Assembly: GCA_965116875.1 (NCBI GenBank)
Contig: OZ220733.1
Coordinates: 3,296,001-3,360,000, forward strand
Reading direction: 5' to 3'
Source of the DNA: Candidatus Latescibacterota bacterium
GTDB lineage: Bacteria; Latescibacterota; UBA2968; GCA-2709665
Length of the DNA: 64,000 nucleotides
Shown here: in pieces, positions 10,084-18,465 of the stretch
Layout: the number at the start of each line of letters is the position of its first letter
How positions within the stretch are numbered: position 1 is the stretch's first letter
Notes under the pieces: model-generated
Told to the model about the DNA's origin: nothing
What the model saw: the letters and a program-made list of their open reading frames with translations, nothing else
Databases searched by the model: none
Translations under genes and position numbers: made by a program

Positions 10084-10563
10084 TTAGGGCAGTTGAGCGG
10101 GCATCGGACCAGAGATTTCAATTGTTTCACGGGCCGACATTAGGAATCGACCAAGCCGAATGCACACTCGACCGAGTGCCTCGTGTCGGTCGATGCCTGG
10201 TCTGCGCACAGAACATTCCCAGATGATAGCAACTCGCCAGCCAAGGCATCGTAGTTCGCAAATAGATTTCAAATCTCGCGCTCTATTGTCTTCTAGTTTC
10301 TTGCGCCACCAGTTTGCTCGTGTATGCGGTATCTTGGATCTCGCGCATCCATGATTGTGCCAGAAGCAGCCGTTAACGAATATGACCACCGAGTATTTTG
10401 GCAGCACTATGTCCGGCTTTCCAGGCAAATCTTTGCGATGCAGCCGGTAGCGAAAGCCTTGGGCGAAGAGACTCCGCCGTACTTCAGTTTCAAGCTTGCT
10501 ATTCTTGCCACCAACCGCCGACATCATCCTGCTTCGAGTTTGTTTGTCAACGAAGTCAGTCAA
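10084..10563 (-). CDS. vsr: Very short patch repair endonuclease
   Basis: RSRMMSAV, LPGKPDIVLPKY, FVNGCFWHNH, WEC. Confidence 0.93.
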   Translation of the reverse strand: MTDFVDKQTRSRMMSAVGGKNSKLETEVRRSLFAQGFRYRLHRKDLPGKPDIVLPKYSVVIFVNGCFWHNHGCARSKIPHTRANWWRKKLEDNRARDLKSICELRCLGWRVAIIWECSVRRPGIDRHEALGRVCIRLGRFLMSARETIEISGPMPAQLP

Positions 10564-10784
10564 TTAGCCGGCCCTACAATTCTTGTACTTTGATTGTCGA
10601 ATGACCCATAATTAATGCGAATATAGGAATGTTAATCAGTTGGACCAATCGTGTTTGTCCAGATTTCCTGAACGGTACACCTTACCCCGCGGAAGTCCAC
10701 ACTACTTAAGTGTCAACACTATCACCTTTTCTACGCCGAAATACTCGAATCGAAGTTTCAAACCATCGAACTCTTCTTTGCCCT

Positions 10785-11708
10785 TTATTTTATCCTTAAT
10801 TCGAATGCCAGCGGTTCCAATTTGTCTGGCTGGATTGTCCACGGACTTACTAACACGAGGTTTCCGCCCCTTCCGATCGGTGGATCAGTACTTCGCGTTA
10901 GTTTAATGTCCGACACGACTGCAAGTAGTGTATTCGGCGATTTCGCACGAGCGAGAGCGACCTCGTTTCTGGTAACGATGATCTTTTCGCCTTTGCCGGT
11001 CGTCCCTTTAACTTCAACAAACAGCTCGTCACCATTCGAATAGCAGATAAAGTCACAAGATTCCGTTGCCGAAACGTCTTTTACGTTGGGCCAATCGATC
11101 GACAGGTGATCTTGAACAACGTGCATTGCTCGCAGCTCGATCGCCCGACGTTCTTGCGCATTGAGATGTCGGCCCTGTCCTTGGCTCTTGCGAAGTGGGC
11201 GCACGATTGGGCTAATCTCCTCATCAGAAACAGAGATGATTGGATGTTGGGCTAACATCGATGCCGCCTCATGGACATTAGTCGGGAGACCGGAGACATA
11301 GAACCTCATACGCTTATTGTTATTGCCGGGAAATCTTGCGCTTGGTTTTTGACCAATTGAACGTTGTGACCTGCACAGAGCCCTTCGTAACGCTTGAGAA
11401 TCAATTGAGCGAATGTCAATTGGGAATGAATCGACCGCTAACCTCCGGTTTTCTCTCGATAAACCCATTCGTTGTGTGGTCTTTGTATCGACCACGGCAT
11501 CCTCGAGGAAACAGCCGCTTCGCGCTAGGCGGCTTAAGAGCAACTCAACCCCTTGGTTATATTCGGCATTTCTCTCGTTCGGTCCACCGATCGAACCCCC
11601 TCGTGATTCTACCACAACGGAAGTCTCTCCGTCTGCAAACTCAACCGAAAACTGCGCCTTTATCGGATTTCCGATTCTGTCGCAGACCGTCTGGAGGCCG
11701 CTTGTCAT
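10785..11708 (-). CDS. DUF3883 (NOV C-terminal-like) PD-(D/E)xK nuclease-domain protein
   Basis: C-terminal AIELRAM..DVS...CDF...FVEVKGTT..IIVTRNE. Confidence 0.7.
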   Translation of the reverse strand: MTSGLQTVCDRIGNPIKAQFSVEFADGETSVVVESRGGSIGGPNERNAEYNQGVELLLSRLARSGCFLEDAVVDTKTTQRMGLSRENRRLAVDSFPIDIRSIDSQALRRALCRSQRSIGQKPSARFPGNNNKRMRFYVSGLPTNVHEAASMLAQHPIISVSDEEISPIVRPLRKSQGQGRHLNAQERRAIELRAMHVVQDHLSIDWPNVKDVSATESCDFICYSNGDELFVEVKGTTGKGEKIIVTRNEVALARAKSPNTLLAVVSDIKLTRSTDPPIGRGGNLVLVSPWTIQPDKLEPLAFELRIK

Positions 11709-11869
11709 AGTTGTCTTCCTCAGCTAACATTACAATCCAAATGTTCCGCCCAAAGCTAGGCGTTTGTGACGATCCTGATGTAATCAAAAAGGGTACGATC
11801 TGCTGAGTTCTTGGTGAGCCGTCTTTCTCTTCGTGATACCAAATATATCCTATAGATAGGAGATTATGG

Positions 11870-12070
11870 GTGAAATATGCGTCCAGATTTCCGAAAGGCT
11901 GGGACGAGGACCGCGTCCGACGCCTCCTGAAACATTACGAATCACAGACAGAAGACGAGACAGCTGCGGAGGATGAAGCGGTAATAGAGGATCCAAGCCA
12001 GACACTTATGGCAATACCCAAGGCTCTGGTTCCTTCAGTACAAGCGCTTCTGGCGCAACGCGACGAGTGA
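11870..12070 (+). CDS. Putative antitoxin, copy 2 (appears complete; no toxin upstream)
   Basis: GGAG RBS and GTG; RFPKGWDEDRVRRLLKHYESQTEDE...IPKALVPSVQALLA. Confidence 0.65.
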   Translation: MKYASRFPKGWDEDRVRRLLKHYESQTEDETAAEDEAVIEDPSQTLMAIPKALVPSVQALLAQRDE

Positions 12071-12107
12071 ACTCAAGTTACTTTCTCGATCCCGTCTTTC
12101 CCGCCCA

Positions 12108-12917
12108 TCAACCTCCCGTGCCGTCAGACAATCGCTGTCTGTATCTGATTAAATCCTCGCGGGTTATGGCGTCCGGCGGGACCAATTGATACTGTTTCTC
12201 CGCGACGATTCGTATTTCGTCACCGTCCTCCTCAAATTCCATCAGTGCAATAACATCCTGCTGCATGAATTGCGCGCCGATGGGCCGGCAGATCAGGTCT
12301 GGTAATTTGTCCGCACAAAGCGCGATGTCCTGCTCAATCTGAATCCTGCTGAGTCTATCGTTACCACCTTTGGCCTGGACGGGTATCACGTAATGCGAAC
12401 CACTCTTGTCAACACCCACGTAGATTTCGTCGGTTTCGACCTGACCCAACTTCTGCACGGTCGTACGGAGATGGTTTTGCAGTGAGTAACACGCGATACC
12501 AAGGAAGATGTCGATAAGGCGATTGTATCGCACCCGGGCCAGTACAGCCTGTTCATCACCAAACGCATATTTCGCGATGATTCCCGGTGTGGAGTCCGGC
12601 ACTTTGGTCACCGAGAGATTCGGATTCGGCGTGAGCGGATTATCGGTGGCGAGTTCAAACCTGTATTTGCCTCTGCCCGCGCCCCGGATGATCCACGTTT
12701 CTTTGTCCGGTGCCGTACTCCGAATACTGTCGGGGAGTTGTGTCCTGTAGCGGAAACTGTAGACCACGTCGCCAAGGTTCTTCGGTAAGTCAATGTTGAG
12801 TTCGGAGGCAGTCGTTTCAATGTCTTCTCGTACAAAATCGACTTCACGTTGTCCCGGCTGATACCTGGCTTGAAAAATGGCTTCGATGATCGCTGAATAG
12901 CGGTTTGTGGTGGAGAT
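12108..12917 (-). CDS. Type II restriction endonuclease-like protein; probable start is ATC at 12917
   Basis: Frame open 50 codons above the GTG at 12767 (TNRYSAIIEAIF..DFVREDI..LPKNLGDVVYSFRYR); GAGGAG RBS 6 nt before ATC; nuclease-like ETDE..VQAK; lies directly after the m4C methylase. Confidence 0.7.
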   Translation of the reverse strand: MSTTNRYSAIIEAIFQARYQPGQREVDFVREDIETTASELNIDLPKNLGDVVYSFRYRTQLPDSIRSTAPDKETWIIRGAGRGKYRFELATDNPLTPNPNLSVTKVPDSTPGIIAKYAFGDEQAVLARVRYNRLIDIFLGIACYSLQNHLRTTVQKLGQVETDEIYVGVDKSGSHYVIPVQAKGGNDRLSRIQIEQDIALCADKLPDLICRPIGAQFMQQDVIALMEFEEDGDEIRIVAEKQYQLVPPDAITREDLIRYRQRLSDGTGG

Positions 12918-12934
12918 AAATCACTCCTCTCTTT

Positions 12935-14227
12935 TCAATCGCCCGGCCATTCCAGCGTCACAACCTCTTCTCTGAGCTGTTCGCCCGTTACCGTTGAAGG
13001 CCTGGTTCGAAACAGATCGATCCCGGTGACATTGTAGCCCTGCGATTTGGCGATGCCGGCCAGGAGTTCGCCCGTTCTGATCATCACCCGAAGATAGGAT
13101 GCCTGGTCACCCACCACGTAAGCGAGCTTTGCACCCGGTCTCAATGCCGGCCTGAGAGATGCGAAATGCTTCGCCATCCCCCCGAAATATAGCAGAGTGA
13201 CCCGGGAGTACTGGCGCTCGAAACCTGATGTCTTGCCCAGAGAGACTCGGCGTCTTTCAATTTCATCCGCCAGATTTCGTATTGCGAGATTGTCCGCGAT
13301 CTCCAGGTCGTCTGTGTCGGCTTTGTATACACCGCGAGTGTTGGACCTGACCAGGTTTTGTTTCAACATCCTCAATTCTTGCCTGTTCCTGATCATGCCA
13401 AGGATGACCGACTCCAGACGGGTCGTCCTGGTGTAATCCTTCTCGTTGGGATATGGCGGGGAAGTAATTACGAAATCTACCGAACCCGGTTTCAGGATGT
13501 TTTCGACGCTCCGAGCGTCTGCATTGAAAATCCGGCTGTCGACTCGTGCCCTGTCACCATATTGCCGAATGTCTCGGGCAGTCGCCCGGATGCATTCGAG
13601 CCACGCGTCCACGACCGGTGCATCATATTTGATTTTCCCGACCCCGACTTCCGGCCCGAATTTGAGATTGCTGATGCGGTTCACGAGCGCGTTGGCGAGA
13701 CAGAGGCGTCCGTAGCGCTGAAAATGATGATCCCCCAACCTGTCGATTGCATTCAGAAGAACGAGTGCCTTGTGCAGGGGACGGGGGCTGATGGAGTCCT
13801 TCAACAGGATTTTCGTCCTTTCATCAGGAAGTTGTTTCAGTACTGTTTTCGAATTTCCATTTTCGGCGAATAGCGGAAGATCTTCCCATTCACCAAAGCC
13901 GTTATTGTCCAGCGTTTTCTTCGTGGACATCGCTACTTCTTCCGCGTACTCGAGCAACTCCCTGTGATTCACAGTCCAGTCCACCTTTACCGAACTTGCG
14001 AAATACGCCATCGGATTCGGCTCGATTCCGATGCTGCCGATTCCGAGCTTTTTGCACTCAACGGCCGTGGTCCCCGTCCCGCAAAACGGATCAAGGACGG
14101 TGTGGGATGTTCCAACTTCGAACCTTTCGAGATACTCACGGACCAGATGAGGCGGAAATGACAGCACGAACCGGTACCAGTCATGAACTGCTCTGTCTTC
14201 GGTTCTGAGTTTGTTTAAATCCTTCAT
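12935..14227 (-). CDS. Amino (likely N4-cytosine) DNA methyltransferase
   Basis: Motif I VLDPFCGTGTT precedes motif IV VITSPPY (alpha-type order). Confidence 0.88.
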   Translation of the reverse strand: MKDLNKLRTEDRAVHDWYRFVLSFPPHLVREYLERFEVGTSHTVLDPFCGTGTTAVECKKLGIGSIGIEPNPMAYFASSVKVDWTVNHRELLEYAEEVAMSTKKTLDNNGFGEWEDLPLFAENGNSKTVLKQLPDERTKILLKDSISPRPLHKALVLLNAIDRLGDHHFQRYGRLCLANALVNRISNLKFGPEVGVGKIKYDAPVVDAWLECIRATARDIRQYGDRARVDSRIFNADARSVENILKPGSVDFVITSPPYPNEKDYTRTTRLESVILGMIRNRQELRMLKQNLVRSNTRGVYKADTDDLEIADNLAIRNLADEIERRRVSLGKTSGFERQYSRVTLLYFGGMAKHFASLRPALRPGAKLAYVVGDQASYLRVMIRTGELLAGIAKSQGYNVTGIDLFRTRPSTVTGEQLREEVVTLEWPGD

Positions 14228-14672
14228 TGTCTTACGCCGCTGTCACTGCTTACTTGGATATAAAATATTATATTTAATCAATATATACGGACTGAATACC
14301 GGCAGGGCCCTATCGTGGATCAGCGTTGATTTCTCCTTCTGATGCTAATATAGTCAGTATCAATCACGATTGCAAGATCGCGACGTGCGCGTTTGGAGGT
14401 TTCAGGCTGTCATCTGCAGCCGGCGCCCTGTACGTGCGGTAGATTTCCCTTGACTCGAAGCGGATCTTGGATTTCCTTCTTTGTCTGGCAAACGAAGTCC
14501 GGCCGTGCGGGTTACGGTTGGCATCGAGCATTGTGAATCAACGAAATCGGGTCGTCCCGTTGCCTCGACCTCCCGGCGTGAGGGTGGAATCCTGGAGCAA
14601 TGGCTCCTCACGTACTCACGCGTTTGAAATTCGAGGTCGGGGAAACGGGTTTTTTGTCCACTTCGGGATGTT

Positions 14673-16307
14673 ATGCAGTCCATTGCAAAGTTTCTGAGCG
14701 GCAAGACGCTTTTTGTTACCGGCGCGACGGGATTCCTGGCGAAGGGGTTCGTGGAGAAGGTCCTGTTTTCCGCGCCCGACGTGGCGCGGATCTTTATCCT
14801 GATCCGTCCGCGGTCACGTTCCAACGGCCAGATCGTTTCCGAAACGGAACGCCTGGAATCTGAAATCCTTCAGTCCCGTGCGTTTGAGAGGTTGCGAGGG
14901 AAGTGGGGCGCCGCTTTTCCGTCGGTGATGTCCGAGAAGGTCGCGGCGGTGGCCGGCGATCTGACCGAAGACGGACTGGGGATTTCCACCGAACAACGCG
15001 AGCGACTTGTCGAAGAAGTCGATTTTGTCGTCAATTTCGCCGGGACCGTGGTCTTCGACGAGCCCATCGACAGCGCCCTCGAACAGAATACGATGGGCGC
15101 CGCCCGCGTCGTCGGCTTCGCGAACGCCTGCCGGAAAGCCGCGCTCGTTCATGTATCAACCGCGTACGTGAGCGGAAAGCGCACCGGCCGGATATCCGAA
15201 GCGCCGCTTCCCCAGGACAAGAGCGTTTCGGACCTCATCAACGGAAGCGCCGCCGGGTTCGACCTGCAGGGTGAGATTGACGCCATTCGGGCCTTCACGC
15301 GGGAAGTCGAGGAGGCATCCAGGGAACCCGGCCTCGAGGCGGCGTTCCTGAAGCAGCTCCGGCGGCAGGACCGCGGAAAACGCGTGACCGACTACCGGAA
15401 GGCCCACCAGATGGAAGCCCTTCGCCAGCGCTGGATTCGAAAACAACTTGTAGAAGAAGGCATGCGGCGTGCGAGGCGCCACGGCTGGAACGACAGCTAC
15501 ACCCTCACCAAGGCGATGGGCGAACAGTTGGTCGTGAAACTGCGGGGAGACCTTCCAACGGCCATCGTACGGCCGTCAATCGTAGAGAGCAGCCTCGAGG
15601 ACCCGGAACCCGGCTGGGTGGAGGATCTGAAAGTCGCCGATCCGCTGATCGTCCACTACGGCAAGGGCCGTCTTTCAAATTTCCCGATCGATCCCGGGAT
15701 TGTGCTGGATATCATACCGGTGGACGTCCTGAACAACGCCGTCACCGCGGTTCTTCCGCAGGTGCGCGGGTCCGGGGAGATGAAGGTCTACCACGTGGCC
15801 TCGGGCTCACGGAACCCGGTTCGAGCCAGAGAAATGGTCGAACTGGTTTACGGGTATTTCAAATCTTCGCCCATGCAGGACCGAGCCGGGCGGCCCATCG
15901 ACGTCAGGCCCTGGCAGTTCATCAGCCAGCGGCGGTTCCGTTGTCTGGTCGCACTGAAATACAAGCTTCCTCTGGGTCTGTTGAAGGCGGCTGTGGACTA
16001 TCTGCCCGCCCGATGGGTTTCGCGCTACAGGCGTCGGGTTTCCGGTATGGAAGCCGTGCTGGAGCGGCTCGAGTCCCTGGTCGATACCTATTGCGGATAC
16101 ACCCATCTCGATTGCGAGTTCGAAACGGAGAATACCCGCCGGCTTTTCGAGGCGCTGAACCCCGATGATCAGAAGGAGTTCAACTTCGACGTGACGCGCA
16201 TCAACTGGCGGGAATATATCCAGGAGATCCACATTCCTGGATTGAAACACCATGTGTTGAAAGAGGGAGACGGGGCGGTTTCCACGATGACAGCCGAGGC
16301 CGATTGA
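14673..16307 (+). CDS. Alcohol-forming fatty acyl-CoA reductase (NAD_binding_4 plus Sterile domains)
   Basis: KTLFVTGATGFLAK, HVSTAYV, YTLTKAMGE, IVRPSIVES, EPGWVE, DIIPVD, C-terminal FNFDVTRINWREY..HIPGL. Confidence 0.92.
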   Translation: MQSIAKFLSGKTLFVTGATGFLAKGFVEKVLFSAPDVARIFILIRPRSRSNGQIVSETERLESEILQSRAFERLRGKWGAAFPSVMSEKVAAVAGDLTEDGLGISTEQRERLVEEVDFVVNFAGTVVFDEPIDSALEQNTMGAARVVGFANACRKAALVHVSTAYVSGKRTGRISEAPLPQDKSVSDLINGSAAGFDLQGEIDAIRAFTREVEEASREPGLEAAFLKQLRRQDRGKRVTDYRKAHQMEALRQRWIRKQLVEEGMRRARRHGWNDSYTLTKAMGEQLVVKLRGDLPTAIVRPSIVESSLEDPEPGWVEDLKVADPLIVHYGKGRLSNFPIDPGIVLDIIPVDVLNNAVTAVLPQVRGSGEMKVYHVASGSRNPVRAREMVELVYGYFKSSPMQDRAGRPIDVRPWQFISQRRFRCLVALKYKLPLGLLKAAVDYLPARWVSRYRRRVSGMEAVLERLESLVDTYCGYTHLDCEFETENTRRLFEALNPDDQKEFNFDVTRINWREYIQEIHIPGLKHHVLKEGDGAVSTMTAEAD

Positions 16308-16432
16308 CCGCCATCGGGAGGTTCGAGATTCAGGATCGCCATCGGTCGTACGTTCACGCGATGGGGTTTCGAACGGTGCGAATCCGAATCAGGTATTGAC
16401 GGTCTGTCGGCTTTTTTCAGAAGTGACAACAA

Positions 16433-18373
16433 ATGGATCGAAACAGGACAGTCCCCGTACACCAGGTGCTGTTGCAGGATCCGGACAGGCTGCGTGCAGC
16501 GTACGACCAGGCCGCCTCGGAGTTGATCGAGGCGGTCCGGCCCGAGGGCTATTTCGAGGGCTGGACGGCCGGGGAGCTGACATGGCCGGCCGGCGGGGTG
16601 GATCGGGTCGGCCTGGAAGGCCTGCGTAGACGCGCGCGAATCGTGGACGCGATTTATAGCGGTGTTCCGGCGCTGAGGGATCGGAGACTGAAAGAGGCGC
16701 ACGACCACTTCGTCGAACTGACGCCGGCCTACCACGAGGGGAACCGGATTTACCTGCGGCTGCGGGACGAGTTTGTAGGCGGCGGCGCCGGAACGGGGCA
16801 GGATTTCCTGAAACTGTACCAGTCCCTGTACGTGGAGGCGCTTGCAAAAGGGGACGATTTCTCGCCCGATCCGGCCGAGACGGCGCTGGCGCAAGCCAGG
16901 ATATCGAGGGTACCGCTGTCCCATGCCAGTGCCGTTGCTGAAGCCCTGCCCAGCGTTGCCACGGACGAGGATCCCCGTTGGAGGCTCGAATACGCCTGCG
17001 AGGTGAATGGCAATACATGGAACGGATCCCTCCGTGAACTCCTGGAAGACGTGGCGCAGCGGACCTTGCACCTGATTGCCGCCGGAGAGCTTCTCGCCAC
17101 GCGCTACAACACGTACAATAACCTGGGATGGTTCGGCAGTTCGGTGTGGAAGGTGGTCGCGGACGCGGACGTGCGGCTGTATGGGATGGATGACTCGGAC
17201 GCCGAGCGCATGGCGGCCCTGAAGGCGGACGTGGATTTGTGCCGGAGTATGCTCGTGGAGTTTCTCGCGGCCCACCGGGAGGACCCCGCCCGGCTGCGGC
17301 CGGAGAACTACTGGTACGGGCAGCCGTACAGCTATCTGACGCGGGATATGATCGATCTGAGCGTCCGGATTGTGGATGCGGTGAATTCGGCGGCTCGGGA
17401 CGAAGACGGATTGACCGAAACGGCGCTCCCTCCGCTGCTGGCCGGCGCCCATTCGGGTCGATTTCTGGACTACGCTCACGTGGGGGTTACGAAGGAATTG
17501 ACGTCCCTCCAGCGCAAAATGAGGATGTTGCGGTGGGCGAAGCGCTGCTGGCGGGTTGGACGGCGACGGAAACGCATCGCGGAGGAGGATCTCGCGCCGT
17601 CGCAAAGGCACGAGCGCGCGTGGGAGGTCTGGCTGGATTGGTCCCGCGACACGATGAATGCATTCGGCATCCGTCTGGACGTGACGATAGACCCGATGTT
17701 CCGGACCATGGTCCGGGAGATGGAACTCTCCCGCGGAGGCCAGCGGATTCTGTTTCTGCCTTCGCATCAGAGCATGCTGGAGCACTTCGTGGTGTTTTCG
17801 GTTTTCAATCACCCGGTGTTTCTGGATGCAATGGGGTGGGATCGTTCCCGGCCGGTCGTTCAACTGGCCCGCACGGGACTGGCGAAGTCCACGTCGGTGA
17901 AGATCGGATCCCGCGAGATCAGCATCTTCGGGATGTCTCCGGACAAATTCGACAGGATGTTCGAAACCGTCGACGGCTTCATCACCAGGGACAGCGTCGA
18001 CATCTCGTCCCATACGATTCCACGCATCCTGCAGGAGATGGAACGCCGCCCCGGTGTGATCTATCCGATGGGCACAACGGCTTCGTTCGACGTACAGCTG
18101 TTCCCGCTCCAGCACGCGCTGTTCGCGAAACTCCCCGCGGACGTGGTGATGATTCCCATCGTCTTTCGCGGCAGCCATGCGCTCTGGCCCAAGTGCCCGG
18201 CGCGCAATCTGAATATTAATCCGGGTGTGATCGAGGCGGTAATCCTGCCCCCTATGCCGGGCGAGACCACGTTGCTGCCCCGCCGCCGCTCGCTGCGAAT
18301 CCAGCTGGAAGCCGCCAATCTGCTCCAGGCGGTGCATATTTCCAATCTGCTGAATCCGGAGCCATCGCAGTGA
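16433..18373 (+). CDS. Glycerolipid acyltransferase (PlsC superfamily) with long N-terminal extension; candidate DHAP acyltransferase
   Basis: Block I-like ILFLPSHQSMLEH, block III-like IYPMGT, block IV-like IPIVFRGS; lies between FAR and AGPS. Confidence 0.65.
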   Translation: MDRNRTVPVHQVLLQDPDRLRAAYDQAASELIEAVRPEGYFEGWTAGELTWPAGGVDRVGLEGLRRRARIVDAIYSGVPALRDRRLKEAHDHFVELTPAYHEGNRIYLRLRDEFVGGGAGTGQDFLKLYQSLYVEALAKGDDFSPDPAETALAQARISRVPLSHASAVAEALPSVATDEDPRWRLEYACEVNGNTWNGSLRELLEDVAQRTLHLIAAGELLATRYNTYNNLGWFGSSVWKVVADADVRLYGMDDSDAERMAALKADVDLCRSMLVEFLAAHREDPARLRPENYWYGQPYSYLTRDMIDLSVRIVDAVNSAARDEDGLTETALPPLLAGAHSGRFLDYAHVGVTKELTSLQRKMRMLRWAKRCWRVGRRRKRIAEEDLAPSQRHERAWEVWLDWSRDTMNAFGIRLDVTIDPMFRTMVREMELSRGGQRILFLPSHQSMLEHFVVFSVFNHPVFLDAMGWDRSRPVVQLARTGLAKSTSVKIGSREISIFGMSPDKFDRMFETVDGFITRDSVDISSHTIPRILQEMERRPGVIYPMGTTASFDVQLFPLQHALFAKLPADVVMIPIVFRGSHALWPKCPARNLNINPGVIEAVILPPMPGETTLLPRRRSLRIQLEAANLLQAVHISNLLNPEPSQ

Positions 18374-18465
18374 CGCGGGGCCCCTGGACGTCCCGGACCA
18401 TCTCTCATTGAATTGCGCGGCCGCATTTGTATGGTACGGCCGGCTGTGGAAATCTGGAGTCCGTT

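Noticed and set aside
1300-14300. Prophage or integrative conjugative element
   Set aside because: No integrase, relaxase, phage structural or tRNA gene was found; treated as a defence island
14673-18373. Wax-ester synthesis locus
   Set aside because: No HHxxxDG wax synthase/DGAT motif seen, and the adjacent AGPS gives a better use for the fatty alcohol; not formally excluded
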